A stretch of 63,843 nt of DNA, filler included, from Saprolegnia diclina VS20 (GCF_000281045.1; 7 parts of 4 records of this genome joined end to end with filler, not necessarily neighbours in it), one strand, 5' to 3'. Positions 48,766-60,802 are shown, counted from the whole stretch's first letter. Notes: a model not told the origin generated them from the sequence alone. Numbers and translations are program-made.

Positions 48766-51690
48766 ATGGACGACGCCGAGCTCGACCCGATGCAGGAAGA
48801 CGCGACGATGGAGGAGGACATGGAGATCGCGTCGCCGGCGCCGGAAGCGGGAAGATGGCTGGCCTCGCTGCAGGAAGCGATTCCTGCCATCGTCATCATC
48901 CGCTTGATGTCGGTCCGCGCCTTTGACGGCGACGGCGCGTCCTTCTCGGTCGCGACGGGCTTCGTCGTCGACAAGACGCGTGGCCTCATCTTGACCAACC
49001 GCCACGTCGTGACGTCGGGACCGGTCGTCGCCGATGCCATCTTCGTTAACAAGGAAGAGGTCGACCTCGTGCCCATCTACCGCGACCCGGTCCACGACTT
49101 TGGCTTCTACCGCTTTGACCCATCGCGCGTCAAGTTTCTCAAGCTGCACGAAATCCCGCTCAACCCGGGCGGTGCCAAAGTCGGCGCCGAAATCCGCGTC
49201 GTCGGTAACGACGCGGGTGAGAAGCTCTCGATCCTCCCAGGAATCCTCGCCAAGCTGGACCGCGAAGCGCCCAATTACGGTACAAGCGGCTACAACGACT
49301 TCAACACGTTCTACTACGCGGCCGCTTCCTCGACGAGCGGCGGCTCGAGTGGGTCCCCCGTGCTCAACATCGACGGCGAAGCCATTGCGCTCAACGCCGG
49401 CGGGTCCAAAAAGGCCGCGTCGTCTTTCTACTTGCCGCTGGACCGCGCGGTCCGGGCCCTCAAGCTCATCCAGCAGGACATCTTGGACATTCCGCGTGGC
49501 ACGTGGCAAACCATCTTTCGCCACGCCGCGTACGACGAGGTCCGGAAGCTGGGCTTGACCGCCGACGTCGAGGCCGATGTGCGCAAAACACTGCCCGACG
49601 AGACAGGGCTGCTCGTCGTCGACCAAGTACTGCCAAAGGGACCGGCCTTTGGTCTTCTTGAGCCCGGTGACATTGTCATCCGCATCCAAGGACAGCTTGA
49701 GACGACATTCTTGGCCATGGAAGCGCTCGTCGACTCAAACGTCGGCAACGTCATCCCTGTCGAGATTCAACGCGGCGGACGATCCATCGTCGTGCACGTG
49801 ACGGTGCAGGTACGCTCTACGGCGTTTTGATCTCGCGTTGCTGAGCGATGATGTACCTAGGACCTCCATGCTATCACGCCGAACCAGTTTCTCGAAGTTG
49901 GGGGCTGCATCTTGCACTCGCTCTCGTACCAGCAAGCGCGAAATGCTTCGCTGCCCGTGGGACACGTCTATTTGGCCCAAGCAGGTCACATGCTCATGAA
50001 AGCCCACATTGCGCAGCCGTGTATCGTCGTTTCGCTTGACGGCAAGCCGACACCGACGCTGGAAGCCTTCATCAGCGCGATCAAGGAGCTTCCGAATGGC
50101 TATCGCACAGTCATGCGCTACTTCTTGACTCGTGACCGGCACCGGATCCGGAACGCTGTTTTGAGCATCGACCGCCAATGGTTTCCGATGCAGCTGTACA
50201 CGCGCAACGATGCCGACGGGCTCTGGCACCGACACAAGTACGAGGCGCCGCCGACGCCGCTTGCGCTGCAGCTGCCTGCGTATCCCGCTGCGCCACTGAG
50301 CGTTCCGGGGCTCAACTCGGACTTGGACAAGGCGACGTTCACCAAGCTCCTCTCGTCCCTCGTCATGGTTGCGTTCGACATCCCGTGCATGATTGACGGC
50401 ATCTCGAGCTCGAGCTACAACGGCGTCGGCATCGTCATTGACGCCGTCAAGGGCCTCGTGCTCGTGGACCAAAACACCGTGCCCATCGCCCTCGGCGATG
50501 TGGTGGTTACCGTCGCCGCGTCGATCGAGACGCCCGCCAAGGTGCTTTTTGTGCACCCGGTCCACAACTTTTCAATCATTCAGTACGACCCCGCGCTCCT
50601 CGGCGACACGCGCCTCGAGTCGGCCGAGCTCTCGAGTGAAGTGCTCCAAGTTGGCGACCAAGTCGACTTTGTCGGGCTCACGAGCACGTGGACGGTCGTC
50701 GCGATGAAATCGCTCGTCACCAAGATCGACCGGCTCGTGCTCCGCGACTTCCAGCCACCGCGCTACAAGGCGAGCAACGTCGAGGTCATCCACTTTGACC
50801 GCATTACCAAGTCGGTCGGCGGTATCTTTGTCGACAGCCGCGGTCTCGTGACGGCGCTCTGGCTTTCCTTCAGCTACCAAGACGAAGGCGGTCGGCGCGA
50901 GGTGTTTCGCGGCATGTCGGTCGATATCATCCGCGAAGTCGTCGACTTGTTTCATGGCGGCGCGTCGCCCCGCGCGGTGACCGTGCTGCCGATTCAGCTG
51001 TACACATACCCTCTCTCCAAGGCCCGCGCCGGCCTCGGGCTCTCGCCGCACTGGATCCGGGAGCTCGAACAGTGCTACGACGACAAACGCCAAGTTCTCG
51101 CCATCAAGCGGTGCGCCGCGGGCACGGACGCATATGCACAACTACAGAGCGGTGACCTGCTCCTCTCGATTGATGGCACGGTTGTGGCCAAGGACTTTGA
51201 CGTCGAGCGCCTCTGCATGGGCAAGTCGGAAGTGCAACTCGTGGTGCTTCGCGAGCAGCAGGAGATGACGCTGCCGGTGCAGACGATGGAGCTAAGCGGG
51301 TGGGGCACGAGCCGCGTGATTACGTGGTGCGGCCTCGTCATTCAGGAGCCCCACTACGCCGTCGTGAACCTCGGCTACGTCCCGGAGGAGGGCGGCGGCG
51401 TCTACTGCTCTCGGTGGTGCTACGGCAGCCCCGCGCACAAGTACGGTCTCCGCGCCACCATGTGGATCGTGCAGGTCAACAACGAGCCGACGCCAACGCT
51501 CGATGCGTTTATCAAGGTGGTCGAGAACCTCCAGAATGGCGCGTCCGTGCGCATGAAGACAGTCGCGCTCAACACCAAGCCCAAGGTGCTCACGCTCAAG
51601 ACAGACTACCACTACTGGCCAACTGTCGAGCTGTGCCGCAACGCAGACTTGGGTGATTGGGCCTACGTGTTCCACCCCAACAAACCATAA
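48766..51690 (+). CDS. NMA111: Nma111-like HtrA serine protease (tandem trypsin/PDZ), intron 49811-49860
   Basis: Catalytic triad TNRHVV, YRDPVHDFG and GGSSGSPV, followed by a degenerate second protease repeat (VLVDQNTVP, HPVHN) and a C-terminal KTDYHYWPT. Confidence 0.92.
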
Positions 51691-51791
51691 CGGCCGCTAC
51701 CCTCTTGCAGTACGACTAGCGTACGACCTTATAAAGCATAACAAAGTAGGACGCGCAGGCTTTGACACCATACTACTACTCGTATTTAGGG

Positions 51792-53165
51792 TTAAATGAG
51801 TGCCTGGGCGACGGCAGCAAGCGCAACCAACGCGCCCAGCGCCAACGACACAGCACCACTCACAGGCTTCTCCTGCGTCATGATCTCGACAACCGTTTCC
51901 GTCGTGACCGGGGCCGTCGTGGGGGCTTGCGTCGTCGGCGCCTGCGTCGGCGCTTCGGTGGGCGCCTCGGTCGGGGCCTCGGTCGGCGGCAGAGTTTCCC
52001 ACGGCGACGTCTTGCATTCGGCGCCACGGCACGCCTTGAGAAGTTGCGGGATGCCATACCCCGACGGCTTGACCTGGCAGCCCGGGACGTCAGGCGTGCA
52101 CGGCTCGCAGACCTGGGCGTAGAGCTTGCGGCGACAGCCTTCCGAGCACTGCGGCAGGTTCATGTAGCACGGCGGGTTCTGGGCCGAGAGGTCCTCAAGC
52201 GGCGGGAACGGCTCCATGCGCTCGTCGGCCAACGTCACGTTATTTTGGTAAAAGTCAATGAGCTGCTGGGCGCGCGCGGCGTTGGCGTCCGGGTCGGTCG
52301 GGTTGTTCCAGAACGGAATCGTAAAGTTGTCGAGCTGCTCGACGTTGCCGTCGAGGCAGAACTCGCGCTTGTTGGCGTACGGCTTGCCCGTCTTGTTGCT
52401 GACCATGGACGTGATGCCAACGAGGTCGTCGAGGCTGAGGTACCCCAGCACGCGGTGCGAGTACGTGCACGTGATGCCGTCCGGGAGCGTGCCGTACGGG
52501 CAGAGGCCACCGGAGATCTGTTTGCGGCAGTCGTTGGTCTTTTGCGGGAACCGCTTGGTGAAGCACGAGTTGGGGAACGAGAACCAAATGTTGTCGCGGT
52601 ACGGCGCGCGCGGGTCCGACGTACGCGGCTCGCCGCCGACGCACGGCCCGAGGTTGGGCTGGCCATGCGCGCCGTTGTACTCGTAGCAGATCTGCGGCAG
52701 CGACCCGGCGCGGTTGTACGGCGTGCACATGCCGCCGTCGAGCGCCGCGAACGAGCAAAACTCGGGCGAGATGCCCCAGTTGTTTTCAAACTCGGCGATC
52801 GTCGCCTTGGAGTTGGCGACGTGCACCTCCATGAACCAGACGTACGCCATGTTGTTCTTGCGCCGGCAGAGCGGGTTGGTCTTGGCGTTGATGCCCTCGG
52901 CTTGCACGTACATGAGCGCGCCCTCGACGCTGGCCGTGTTGACCGTGTCCATCACGGCGCGGTGGCGCTCCTCGAACGTGTTGCCGAACGGCGCCACCCA
53001 CGTCTTCATCTGCTCGTCGTAGACAGGGACGCCGGCTTGGACGCGCGCCTGGATGCCGCGCACCGGCGTCACGTGCCAGCCGTCGGCTGTTGCGGGCGCG
53101 ACGCCGGGCGATGCCAGGGCCGCGGCGGAGGCCATCGATGCCAACGTCACCAGGAGACGAACCAT
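51792..53165 (-). CDS. Secreted Cys-rich, probably GPI-anchored surface protein (oomycete IQARVQ family) with PTEA stalk
   Basis: Signal peptide, IQARVQ...DTVNTASVEGALMYVQAEGIN, many Cys, PTEA repeats and a hydrophobic C-terminus SGAVSLALGALVALAAVAQALI. Confidence 0.85.
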   Translation of the reverse strand: MVRLLVTLASMASAAALASPGVAPATADGWHVTPVRGIQARVQAGVPVYDEQMKTWVAPFGNTFEERHRAVMDTVNTASVEGALMYVQAEGINAKTNPLCRRKNNMAYVWFMEVHVANSKATIAEFENNWGISPEFCSFAALDGGMCTPYNRAGSLPQICYEYNGAHGQPNLGPCVGGEPRTSDPRAPYRDNIWFSFPNSCFTKRFPQKTNDCRKQISGGLCPYGTLPDGITCTYSHRVLGYLSLDDLVGITSMVSNKTGKPYANKREFCLDGNVEQLDNFTIPFWNNPTDPDANAARAQQLIDFYQNNVTLADERMEPFPPLEDLSAQNPPCYMNLPQCSEGCRRKLYAQVCEPCTPDVPGCQVKPSGYGIPQLLKACRGAECKTSPWETLPPTEAPTEAPTEAPTQAPTTQAPTTAPVTTETVVEIMTQEKPVSGAVSLALGALVALAAVAQALI

Positions 53166-53167
53166 GG

Positions 53168-53184
53168 CGAATCAAGAAATGAGC
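53168..53184 (-). promoter_or_regulatory. Oomycete Inr/FPR-like element
   Basis: The minus strand reads GCTCATTTCTTGATTCG directly upstream of the ATG. Confidence 0.5.
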
Positions 53185-55465
53185 ACCAGCCGCGCTCCCT
53201 TTGATGGATGCAAGGTTGGCCACCAATTCGCATAAAAAGTGCATACTTGCTGATGCTACTGTGCAATGGACCAATCCACGATGGGTTTATGACTAGACAA
53301 GCGAATTGCTGGGAAAAAGCCAGGCGCCGAGACGGCGTCGACTTGGAATTTGTATGAAGACCGTCGGGATGAAAATATCATCGTGAACCCATGCAGAATT
53401 CACCTGCGTCGCTGGTGTCACATGCTGGGGCTGGGACTGGTCATGGACGAGCGACGCAAGTTGTACGCTACACGGAGGAGGAGGTTGGGCGCCACGGATC
53501 GCCATGCATGGAGCTGACGTGCCACACGCCACTACCGCACGGCGTGACGTGGCAGCGCCCATGGGGTTTTCGCTAGAGTCACTGCAACTTGGTTTTCGCG
53601 CGCCTTGCTTGAGAACGTTTTGCGTGGACATCCCGGTATCACTGAGATGTTTGCCTTGCCGATACCAAGTACGATAGATGAAGCTGTACGACGTCTAGAC
53701 TAGAATAGTGCCGTTGAGATTGAGGTAGTCCGCTCTTTGGACGCTTGCACGGCTCCGTCAAGACGGTGTAAGGCACAGAGCCCGCAATATATTTACTATC
53801 TGGATCATCACTGCGCGAGAAGTCGATGCCCTTTGCGGCACACAAGATGTACGTACTCGTACCGAGGCACCATAGGCGACAACGCGTACAGGACAGTGGT
53901 CTCGAAAAGTGGGAACGTTCCACCATTTATTGCTGCTTGCTATGGTCTTGATCCCGGTAGCACGCGCTGTAAGAAAACGGTGCATCGTCATTCATGTGCA
54001 AGTTAACTGCGGTTTACTGGACCTGTGGCGGCGCTGCTGCTACTTGAATAGGCTTGACTGGTCCAGCACTTGACGTGGACACGCCTTTGGTGGCAGCGGT
54101 GCCGGACGACGTATAGTCGGCTCGATTGAGGCGAGTAAACTTGGGGCCGAGCATGAGCCCCATCACGACCAGCTACAGGCCTCTCAGTCTTGCACCAACC
54201 GTATTTCTTGTCGTACGTACCGTGCACACGAGCGTAATTACCGAGCAAAACGTAAAGCTCGTCGTCGCTGGCAATTTCACCAGATACGAAAGCGGAATCA
54301 AAAAGAGCGACCCCATGAGCACGACGCACGCCGCCGAGAAGATCCAAATGGATTCTTGAAAGTCGNNNNNNNNNNNNNNNNNNNNNNNNNNNNNNNNNNN
54401 NNNNNNNNNTTAATTAATTAANNNNNNNNNNNNNNNNNNNNNNNNNNNNNNNNNNNNNNNNNNNNGTCCCACGCGGTACACGCATGCGCGAGCTCGCGAT
54501 CGACTAGCTGCTAAATAGCCCATGCTTGGGCAGCTGGTCGATGTCCGGGCGAAGCCCTCAGCGGACGTCTTGCTCTGCACGATCCTCTCAATCTACTCTG
54601 GCTGGCTGGCTTGCGGCGCACCGAACGTGGCTAAAGGCTCCGGCGGCCGGCCACCAGCGAAAGCGCGTGCCCCGGTACCCAGCCATCCTGAGGCGATTCT
54701 TGTAGCAGCAGATGCGTTCTTCGCGCCCATACCGACGAAGCGCGTGCTGCCCTCTCGGCTCTGATCGAGACGCACGCTCTAGTTCCCAAAGTTCTCACGG
54801 CGCAATGACGTATTTGCTCGTTGCGGGGACACACCGACGACCCAGACCAGCACAAAGCTTGAGCCAACGTGTGCTTGGTCGGCGAGACGCATAAGAGCTC
54901 GCAACTGCACGAGGCGGTGCGTCGATTCAAGGCCGACACAGTGTGAAGCACCGTTGCAACGTGCAGTGCAAGATCGACAAGCACCAAGGCCGCCGTTGGC
55001 GCGTGCAATCACGCGTCGGTGCCGCCTCTCTTGCAGCACGACGCCGACATGGGTCTCGCTCGTGGACGAGACCCGGGACGGCGCACGACCTCGTTCTTGG
55101 TGTGCGGTGGCGTACGTGGCTGGCGGCTTTCAGCCGACTTGGTGCCCGCAACCCGCCAGTTGCGCTGTTGCGGTCCTTGCATTCCTCTGGCGTGTGGATA
55201 CATTCCACTACAGTTCGTCTGCAAAGCCGGGCCTGGCGGGAAGGTTAAAATTATAGTTTCAGGTGCAAACGTTTGATCTTGCCTCGTCGTGCTTGCGTAA
55301 AGTAGATGTACGCAAGGCGCTCTTGGAACGAGGCGCAAAGCAAGGCTCGGTATACACATCGGCATGTTGGGTGTGGCGATGTGGCGGTCGCGCTTGTCAC
55401 TTGTATTATCCGGACGACCGGATATTCGCGTCAAAGATCCAAAAAAACCAGGCAGGACGCACGCA

Positions 55466-56608
55466 ATGACGAGTAGCGCCAACGACGCCGCTGCCAGCAC
55501 CACTACAGCCCGGCGCGCGGCAGGCGCCGGCCGCGGCTTCACGCTCCGCAGCACTCTCAGCTCGCTGCCCAGCGGACGCGACAACAACGACAGCATGCGC
55601 AACAACAACAACGACAGTACTGGCAACGACGACGACGGCGCCGCAATGCTTGCGCTGCTGTTGGCCAGCACAGACGTCGACGTCGACATGGGCCTCGGCC
55701 AAGAGATGGGTCACGGCGCGGCGGATGGTCACGCGGTCACAGTCGACCCGCACGACCACGACGGCGCCGGGCTCTTCTCTTTTTGCCCCTTTCTGGATTG
55801 CGACGAAGCCATGGGCAGCGCTGCCTACGACGATGCAACGTATGCTCTGCTGGACGCCTGTGTGGGCCTCGACGTCGACATGGGCCTCGGCCACGAGATG
55901 GGTCACGGCGCGGTCGCTTCGCCCAACGCTTCACGGCCGCTCGTCGTCGATACGGGCAGCGCCCACAACAGCGGCGACATCGCGACGAATAGCAGCGCAG
56001 CCACGTCGCCCGACGCCGCGGGGTCACCGGTCAGCGCCTTTGACACGGGAAACGACAACAGCGGTATGGAGCTCGAGCGTGCCGATCAAGATCAGCGGGA
56101 CACCGTGCTGCACGAAAAGTATTACCGGAACACAGCGCACAATGTACGCTGCTTCCCCACATGTGATACCTTTGACGGTATTGGCATTGAAAGCTACCGC
56201 TTGCACACCCGCAGCAACGGGCAGTGCTCGGCACCGTACACGGTCGTCATGTCGTCTGTGTTTCCATTGGGCCAACTGCGCGCAGTGGCCGACTTCTGCC
56301 CGCAGAACGCATCGGCGGACGATGCAGCGGCGCCGTCCAAGAGCTGCCCCACGACGACCAACGTGACGTGCAGCGCCTACAGCACCGTCGTCACGTTTCC
56401 ACCCAGTATCTGGAAGGTGGTGGCGGACCTCAATGTGCACAACGTATTTTACCTGCGCGTGCGTCTCTTTGACGACGAGACGCTGGTTGCCCAGCACAAC
56501 TCGACGCTTTTTCAAGTGTGCAACATCCCCAAGCGGCGCCCCGCCAAGTCGGCTGCCGGCGGAGAGAAGGCAGCCAAGCGCGCGCGCATAGCAACAACCT
56601 GCGCGTAA
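55466..56608 (+). CDS. Hypothetical nuclear protein, putative transcription factor (acidic N-terminus, beta-rich C-terminal domain, NLS)
   Basis: Long single ORF with LHEKYYRNTAHNVRCFPTC, VFYLRVRLF..LVAQHNSTLFQV and a bipartite basic PKRRPAK...AAKRAR. An internal 45-bp duplicate lies at 55677-55721 / 55869-55913. Confidence 0.65.
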   Translation: MTSSANDAAASTTTARRAAGAGRGFTLRSTLSSLPSGRDNNDSMRNNNNDSTGNDDDGAAMLALLLASTDVDVDMGLGQEMGHGAADGHAVTVDPHDHDGAGLFSFCPFLDCDEAMGSAAYDDATYALLDACVGLDVDMGLGHEMGHGAVASPNASRPLVVDTGSAHNSGDIATNSSAATSPDAAGSPVSAFDTGNDNSGMELERADQDQRDTVLHEKYYRNTAHNVRCFPTCDTFDGIGIESYRLHTRSNGQCSAPYTVVMSSVFPLGQLRAVADFCPQNASADDAAAPSKSCPTTTNVTCSAYSTVVTFPPSIWKVVADLNVHNVFYLRVRLFDDETLVAQHNSTLFQVCNIPKRRPAKSAAGGEKAAKRARIATTCA

Positions 56609-56764
56609 GTACCACTAGCAGCATTGCATTAGAGACTCTATAGTGTGCACATGTAATATTTATTTCAAAACAAATACCTTTCTTTCACTGTTCATCGTCT
56701 TCTCCGCAACTCTACACGTAGCGAGTTTGAGAGCCGGAAGGACGAAGCGATGACAATGTAGTGG

Positions 56765-57385
56765 TACGGCAGGTACGGGTACGTGCAGCTTGGGCGCACC
56801 GAGCGTCACACCTAGCGCAAGCACCGTCAACCTCGCATCGGTATTTGCAAACTCGACGGACCCGACATGTCCTGGATCGCTTGCTCGGCGTGCGCGCGCG
56901 TCGAGTACTGTACAAAGCCACAGCCGCGGCCCAGCGGGATCTTGATGCTCAGCACCTACGTGGCCATGAGCGTCCGACTCGTCGACCGCAGAAACGACTT
57001 GGCCAATGGCGCTGAACTGCTTGCGCAGATCGTCTTCCGTTATGCTCGCGTCGAGGCCGCCGACAAACACGGTCGTGTTAGTCTCGTCTTCTGGTGACGG
57101 CGACGGCTTGGACGGCGTTGTCGGCGGGTGGTGCTTGGCGCGGTCGGTCGCGGCGCTCACCCGCATCGGCCTTCCCAAGCACCCTTCGCCGTGCATCTGC
57201 AGCAGCGCCTAGCATCCCATTCGACAATATCTGCAGCAGCGCCTAGCATCCCATTCGACAATGTGGTCGTAGGAGATGCACAATGGCGTGTAGTACCTGG
57301 TCGGCCTCGGCCTTGACGCCAAATCGCACAAAGCCAAAGCCTTTGGAAATGCCGCTCATGTGATCGAGCACGACTTTCCTTGGTC
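56765..57385 (-). pseudogene. Truncated inverted copy of an RBP45/47-Nam8-like RRM gene
   Basis: KVVLDHMSGISKGFGFVRF, LGRPMRVSAAT, NTTVFVGGLD and GRGCGFVQY. The 5' exons are absent, the 3' end is collapsed relative to 59069-59250, and a 34-bp duplication is present. Confidence 0.7.
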
Positions 57386-58424
57386 GTGGTGGCGGCAACG
57401 TGTATATGCAGCAGCATTCAATGCGGGTCACATTGCCTTCCACGTATCTCGGGTGCGCATGACGTGAACAGCGCCGCGGGCTTCGTTTCGCGGGTGGGCT
57501 GCCGGGCCAGCGTCATGCGGTCGACAGTGCTGACGAGAGCTCCGTCATCGAGTCCTGGCCGATCTTGCGCTAGGACACGGTCTCTGTCGGGTTCTCGGCG
57601 CCGTGCGTCGCAAGGTCGAGGAGGTATGAGTCGGCCATGGGCGGGCTTCGTCACGTCTATGTGCAATGACGGCTACTGCGTCGGGCAGGCGCGACGCTCG
57701 ACGTTTCAAGCTCAGATGAAGATGACATGAAAACAGGCGCTGAGAGCGCCAGGCGAGCGCGCTTCTTGGCTGTTGTGAAGGTCGGCTTGTGATTGGCCAC
57801 CCCATCGCAATTAAATTACGACGCAATTTAAAATGGCCATACTTGCAGAGACTATCCGCAAAATCAGCTTGATTTAAATAGCCGAGATTATATTGCGTCC
57901 CATGTTCTCGGCCGCCCACTGCTTCGGCAAGGAGGTGGTTTGGTCAAAGAGCGCGAGGCTGACGATGCTAGCTTGAGGATGTCGTACGACAACATGCTCT
58001 GGCAACGCTCTATCTCGTGGCATCCTCCGGAGAATTCCACCGTCCTATTCCACACGCGTTTTCACACGTGCGTCACATCATTTCGTTGTATGATCCAATA
58101 ATAGAGGCTTTTGTATCACTGGCTGGTCCAACGTGCGCATGAGGACCTACCAGGTCGTCGTCGCGTGAAATATGTGTGTATCGCGTGTGAAACACTTCAA
58201 CTGCTGATCCACACTGCAGCTCCACACTGCACTTGCTCATCTACTAGCCTCTCCAAGCTCAACCCACCTCGGCACTACTACAGTAGGCAGGGTTCACATA
58301 GTCTTGTTGCGCTGTGGTTGGCGTTGGCAACGGCAGCTTGCTCGTCGACCGGAAATGGGTACTTGGAGGTTCTGGCAAACGCTAGGTGACAGCACATCAT
58401 GATGTCTTCGTGAGGCGCTGTGGT

Positions 58425-58810
58425 ATATCTGGGATACCGTGCTAGTTAAAGGACTACATGACAATCCACCCGCACAGCTCATGTTCTGGGAACATAGGCG
58501 GCTGTATCCTAAGCCTAGTGATAGATCCTGTCTGCTGAAGATCCTGGAAGGATCTTCATGCCAAATGTTCCATAGCCAACTCATGGCGGAATGTTCTGGA
58601 TATAGTAGTATGGGCATTAGTAGGGAAGTGGACTGCAGCCACTCCCTGCCCGTTGTCAGTAGACTGAGTCCTAGTGGTTCACTTCAGCATTCGCTTTGTA
58701 TCCAACACGTTTGGCTTATTGAGGACTAGCCGCCTCCTATTGTCGTGCCTCTCATTGGATCGTGTTGAAGATCGCTTGCTTGCTCGCTTGCTATCTCGGA
58801 GTACAGCACA
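58425..58810 (-). repeat. Dispersed repeat copy B (homolog of 28360-28698)
   Basis: Both copies give the same ORF-track text RTSRLLLSCLSLDRVE..LLARLLSRS. Confidence 0.85.
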
Positions 58811-59068
58811 GGCGCCGAGGACTGTCACGGAGGCTGCCAGACACGTAATGCCGTATGCAGGACCCAATGACTCATTTGACAACAGAGAAAGATGAAGATT
58901 GCATGCATCGTAGTACATTACAGACATTATGATCCATTTTGTCGTCATGGATAAGCATATGATCAACCNNNNNNNNNNNNNNNNNNNNNNNNNNNNNNNN
59001 NNNNNNNNNNNNTTAATTAATTAANNNNNNNNNNNNNNNNNNNNNNNNNNNNNNNNNNNNNNNNNNNN

Positions 59069-59438
59069 CGAGGTTGACGGTGCTTGCGCTAGGTGTGACG
59101 CTCGGCGCGTCCAAGCTGCGCTGTGCGTGGGGACGTCCCACAATCAATACCAACAGCAGCAACAGCAACAACAATAACACTAGTCGTGCACCGGTGTACC
59201 CGTACCCGCCGTCAGCGATGCCTGTCTATGGCTACCCGCCGTACCAGGTAGCACGCCGCTTTGCAACGTGTTGACTGATGTATCGCGTTAGTATTATGCG
59301 GGGCCGTACCCCGCGTACCCGGGCTACGCCAGTCCAGTCTACGCAAGCTACCCGCTGCCAGGCTACATGCACCCGTACGGGCAGATTCCGCTGCCGACCG
59401 ACGACAGCAACAACCAAGGGCCGCCACCGATGATGTAG
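59069..59438 (+). CDS. 3' end of RBP45/47-Nam8-like RRM gene (5' part in gap)
   Basis: GVTLGASKLRCAWGR ends the RRM, followed by a Y/P-rich tail PVYPYPP...YQ|YYAGPYPAYPGY...PPPMM*. Confidence 0.75.
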
Positions 59439-59530
59439 TCTATAGCCGGCGCAGCGACGTCGCGATCGAAGCGACCTCGCAGTCCAAGTCGTTGTTCAAT
59501 CTTATACATAGCTTTGTGTCGTGTACCTTG

Positions 59531-59743
59531 CTATGTGGTCATGACGAGGCGCTGCTTGGCACTGCTGCGCTTGCGCGGCGAAGCGTCGTCCGTGGCGGCC
59601 TCGCACGCCGCAATTGCCCGCTGGAGCTCCTTGAGCTGGTCCTTCTTGATCTCGAGCTGGCGCTCCAGCGTCCGCTTGTGCATCTGCAGCTCCGAGTGGT
59701 TGGACTTGAGGCGGTAGACCTCGCTGTACGCAGCCGGCTCCAT
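59531..59743 (-). CDS. Small 70-aa coiled-coil protein
   Basis: ATG-initiated, host-like codon usage, heptad pattern LERQLEIKKDQLKELQRAI and basic SPRKR. Confidence 0.5.
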   Translation of the reverse strand: MEPAAYSEVYRLKSNHSELQMHKRTLERQLEIKKDQLKELQRAIAACEAATDDASPRKRSSAKQRLVMTT

Positions 59744-59848
59744 CGCTTTTCAGATTGCACCAACCCGGATACGAAACCAATATCCGGATAGTTGCGATCT
59801 TTCGCACTCGGTCCGGCGCGCCAACGTAGCACCTACGCCTTGCTAGCA

Positions 59849-59889
59849 TAGACAACACTTGTAGACAACACTTGTAGACAACACTTGTA
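59849..59889 (+). repeat. 13-bp tandem repeat (TAGACAACACTTG)x3
   Basis: tagacaacacttgtagacaacacttgtagacaacacttgta. Confidence 0.85.
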
Positions 59890-59926
59890 CAGCTCACGCC
59901 GAAATACCTTTGCCAGGATAGCGTTA

Positions 59927-60802
59927 TTATTTATCTTCGCGTTCGGTTCGCAGCGTCTTGGAGAGAAGCGACATGCCCGAAAAGCCAACTTTGGGCTTGG
60001 CTGCCTTTGTTTTTTGCTGGGCCTTGACCTTGGCTTTGGCCTCGGCCGTCACACGCGGTCGCTCGACGGGCACGGCAGTGTTTTGGCTCCACTCGTGGTC
60101 ATCGACGTTGTCATGTAGATACGCTTGCAGCATGTACTTGATGTTGGTACCAATGAGATTGCTCCATGCTTCGCCGACATCGGGCGTCGCCTCCGTGTCG
60201 AGCCAGTACATCATGACTTCGATCATCGTGCTCGTGTACGTGGAGAAGTGGTGCGGCCGGACAAGCGGAATCGTTCGATGGCGGTGGCCCAAGTTGCGGC
60301 AGCGCGTTATGACAGTCTCACGGCTGTGTTCCTTGTCGGCGAGCATAAACTTCATGGCCAAAATGAGAATCTCAATGCGTTTGCGAATGCCAGGAAAGAC
60401 CAAGTTGAAGCTCGGGTCGCGCTGAAAGAGGCGGTGAAAGAACTCGTCGTAAAAGAGCACAATGCCATCCTTCTTGAGCTCACGCATCTTGGGGCTCGCG
60501 CCTTTGCAGAGAATCTTCCAGCTGCGATTGCACTCGGCGAGGTACATGGAGAGGTACTGCGGACACAGTGGCATGTTGGGCGGCATGTAGTGCTGGTACT
60601 CGTCGGCGCTTGCGATCGGTCGCTCAATTAGCGCGCTCCAGTCCTTGCCGCCATCGATGGTCTTGGGCGTTGCCGTGCCGAGCGTACCGTTGGCCGATCG
60701 GCTTTTGCTGCCCATCGACTTTACGCGTGCGCTAAAGCCCGACATGGCCGAGACGGACCCGACGGTGGGACCGGATGCATGCACCGAGCTCCGTGACCCC
60801 AT
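59927..60802 (-). CDS. Globin-domain protein with Ser/Gly-rich N-terminal extension (MGSRSS)
   Basis: CNRSWKIL (A helix), FYDEFFHRLFQRDPSFNLVF (B-CD1), LGHRH (proximal His F8), VRPHHF and EAWSNL (H helix). Confidence 0.85.
   Translation of the reverse strand: MGSRSSVHASGPTVGSVSAMSGFSARVKSMGSKSRSANGTLGTATPKTIDGGKDWSALIERPIASADEYQHYMPPNMPLCPQYLSMYLAECNRSWKILCKGASPKMRELKKDGIVLFYDEFFHRLFQRDPSFNLVFPGIRKRIEILILAMKFMLADKEHSRETVITRCRNLGHRHRTIPLVRPHHFSTYTSTMIEVMMYWLDTEATPDVGEAWSNLIGTNIKYMLQAYLHDNVDDHEWSQNTAVPVERPRVTAEAKAKVKAQQKTKAAKPKVGFSGMSLLSKTLRTEREDK

Noticed and set aside
51762..53204. Long antisense ORFs over real genes (also 8119-9015, 22046-23221, 48607-49689 and others)
   Set aside because: Shadow ORFs caused by GC3-rich codon bias; they have no independent motifs.
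54003..55250. Fragmented coding-like sequence around the gap
   Set aside because: Probably decayed gene or TE, but no family can be supported.
59849..59889. Short direct repeats as a possible CRISPR array
   Set aside because: Head-to-tail minisatellite without spacers, in a eukaryote, with no cas genes.
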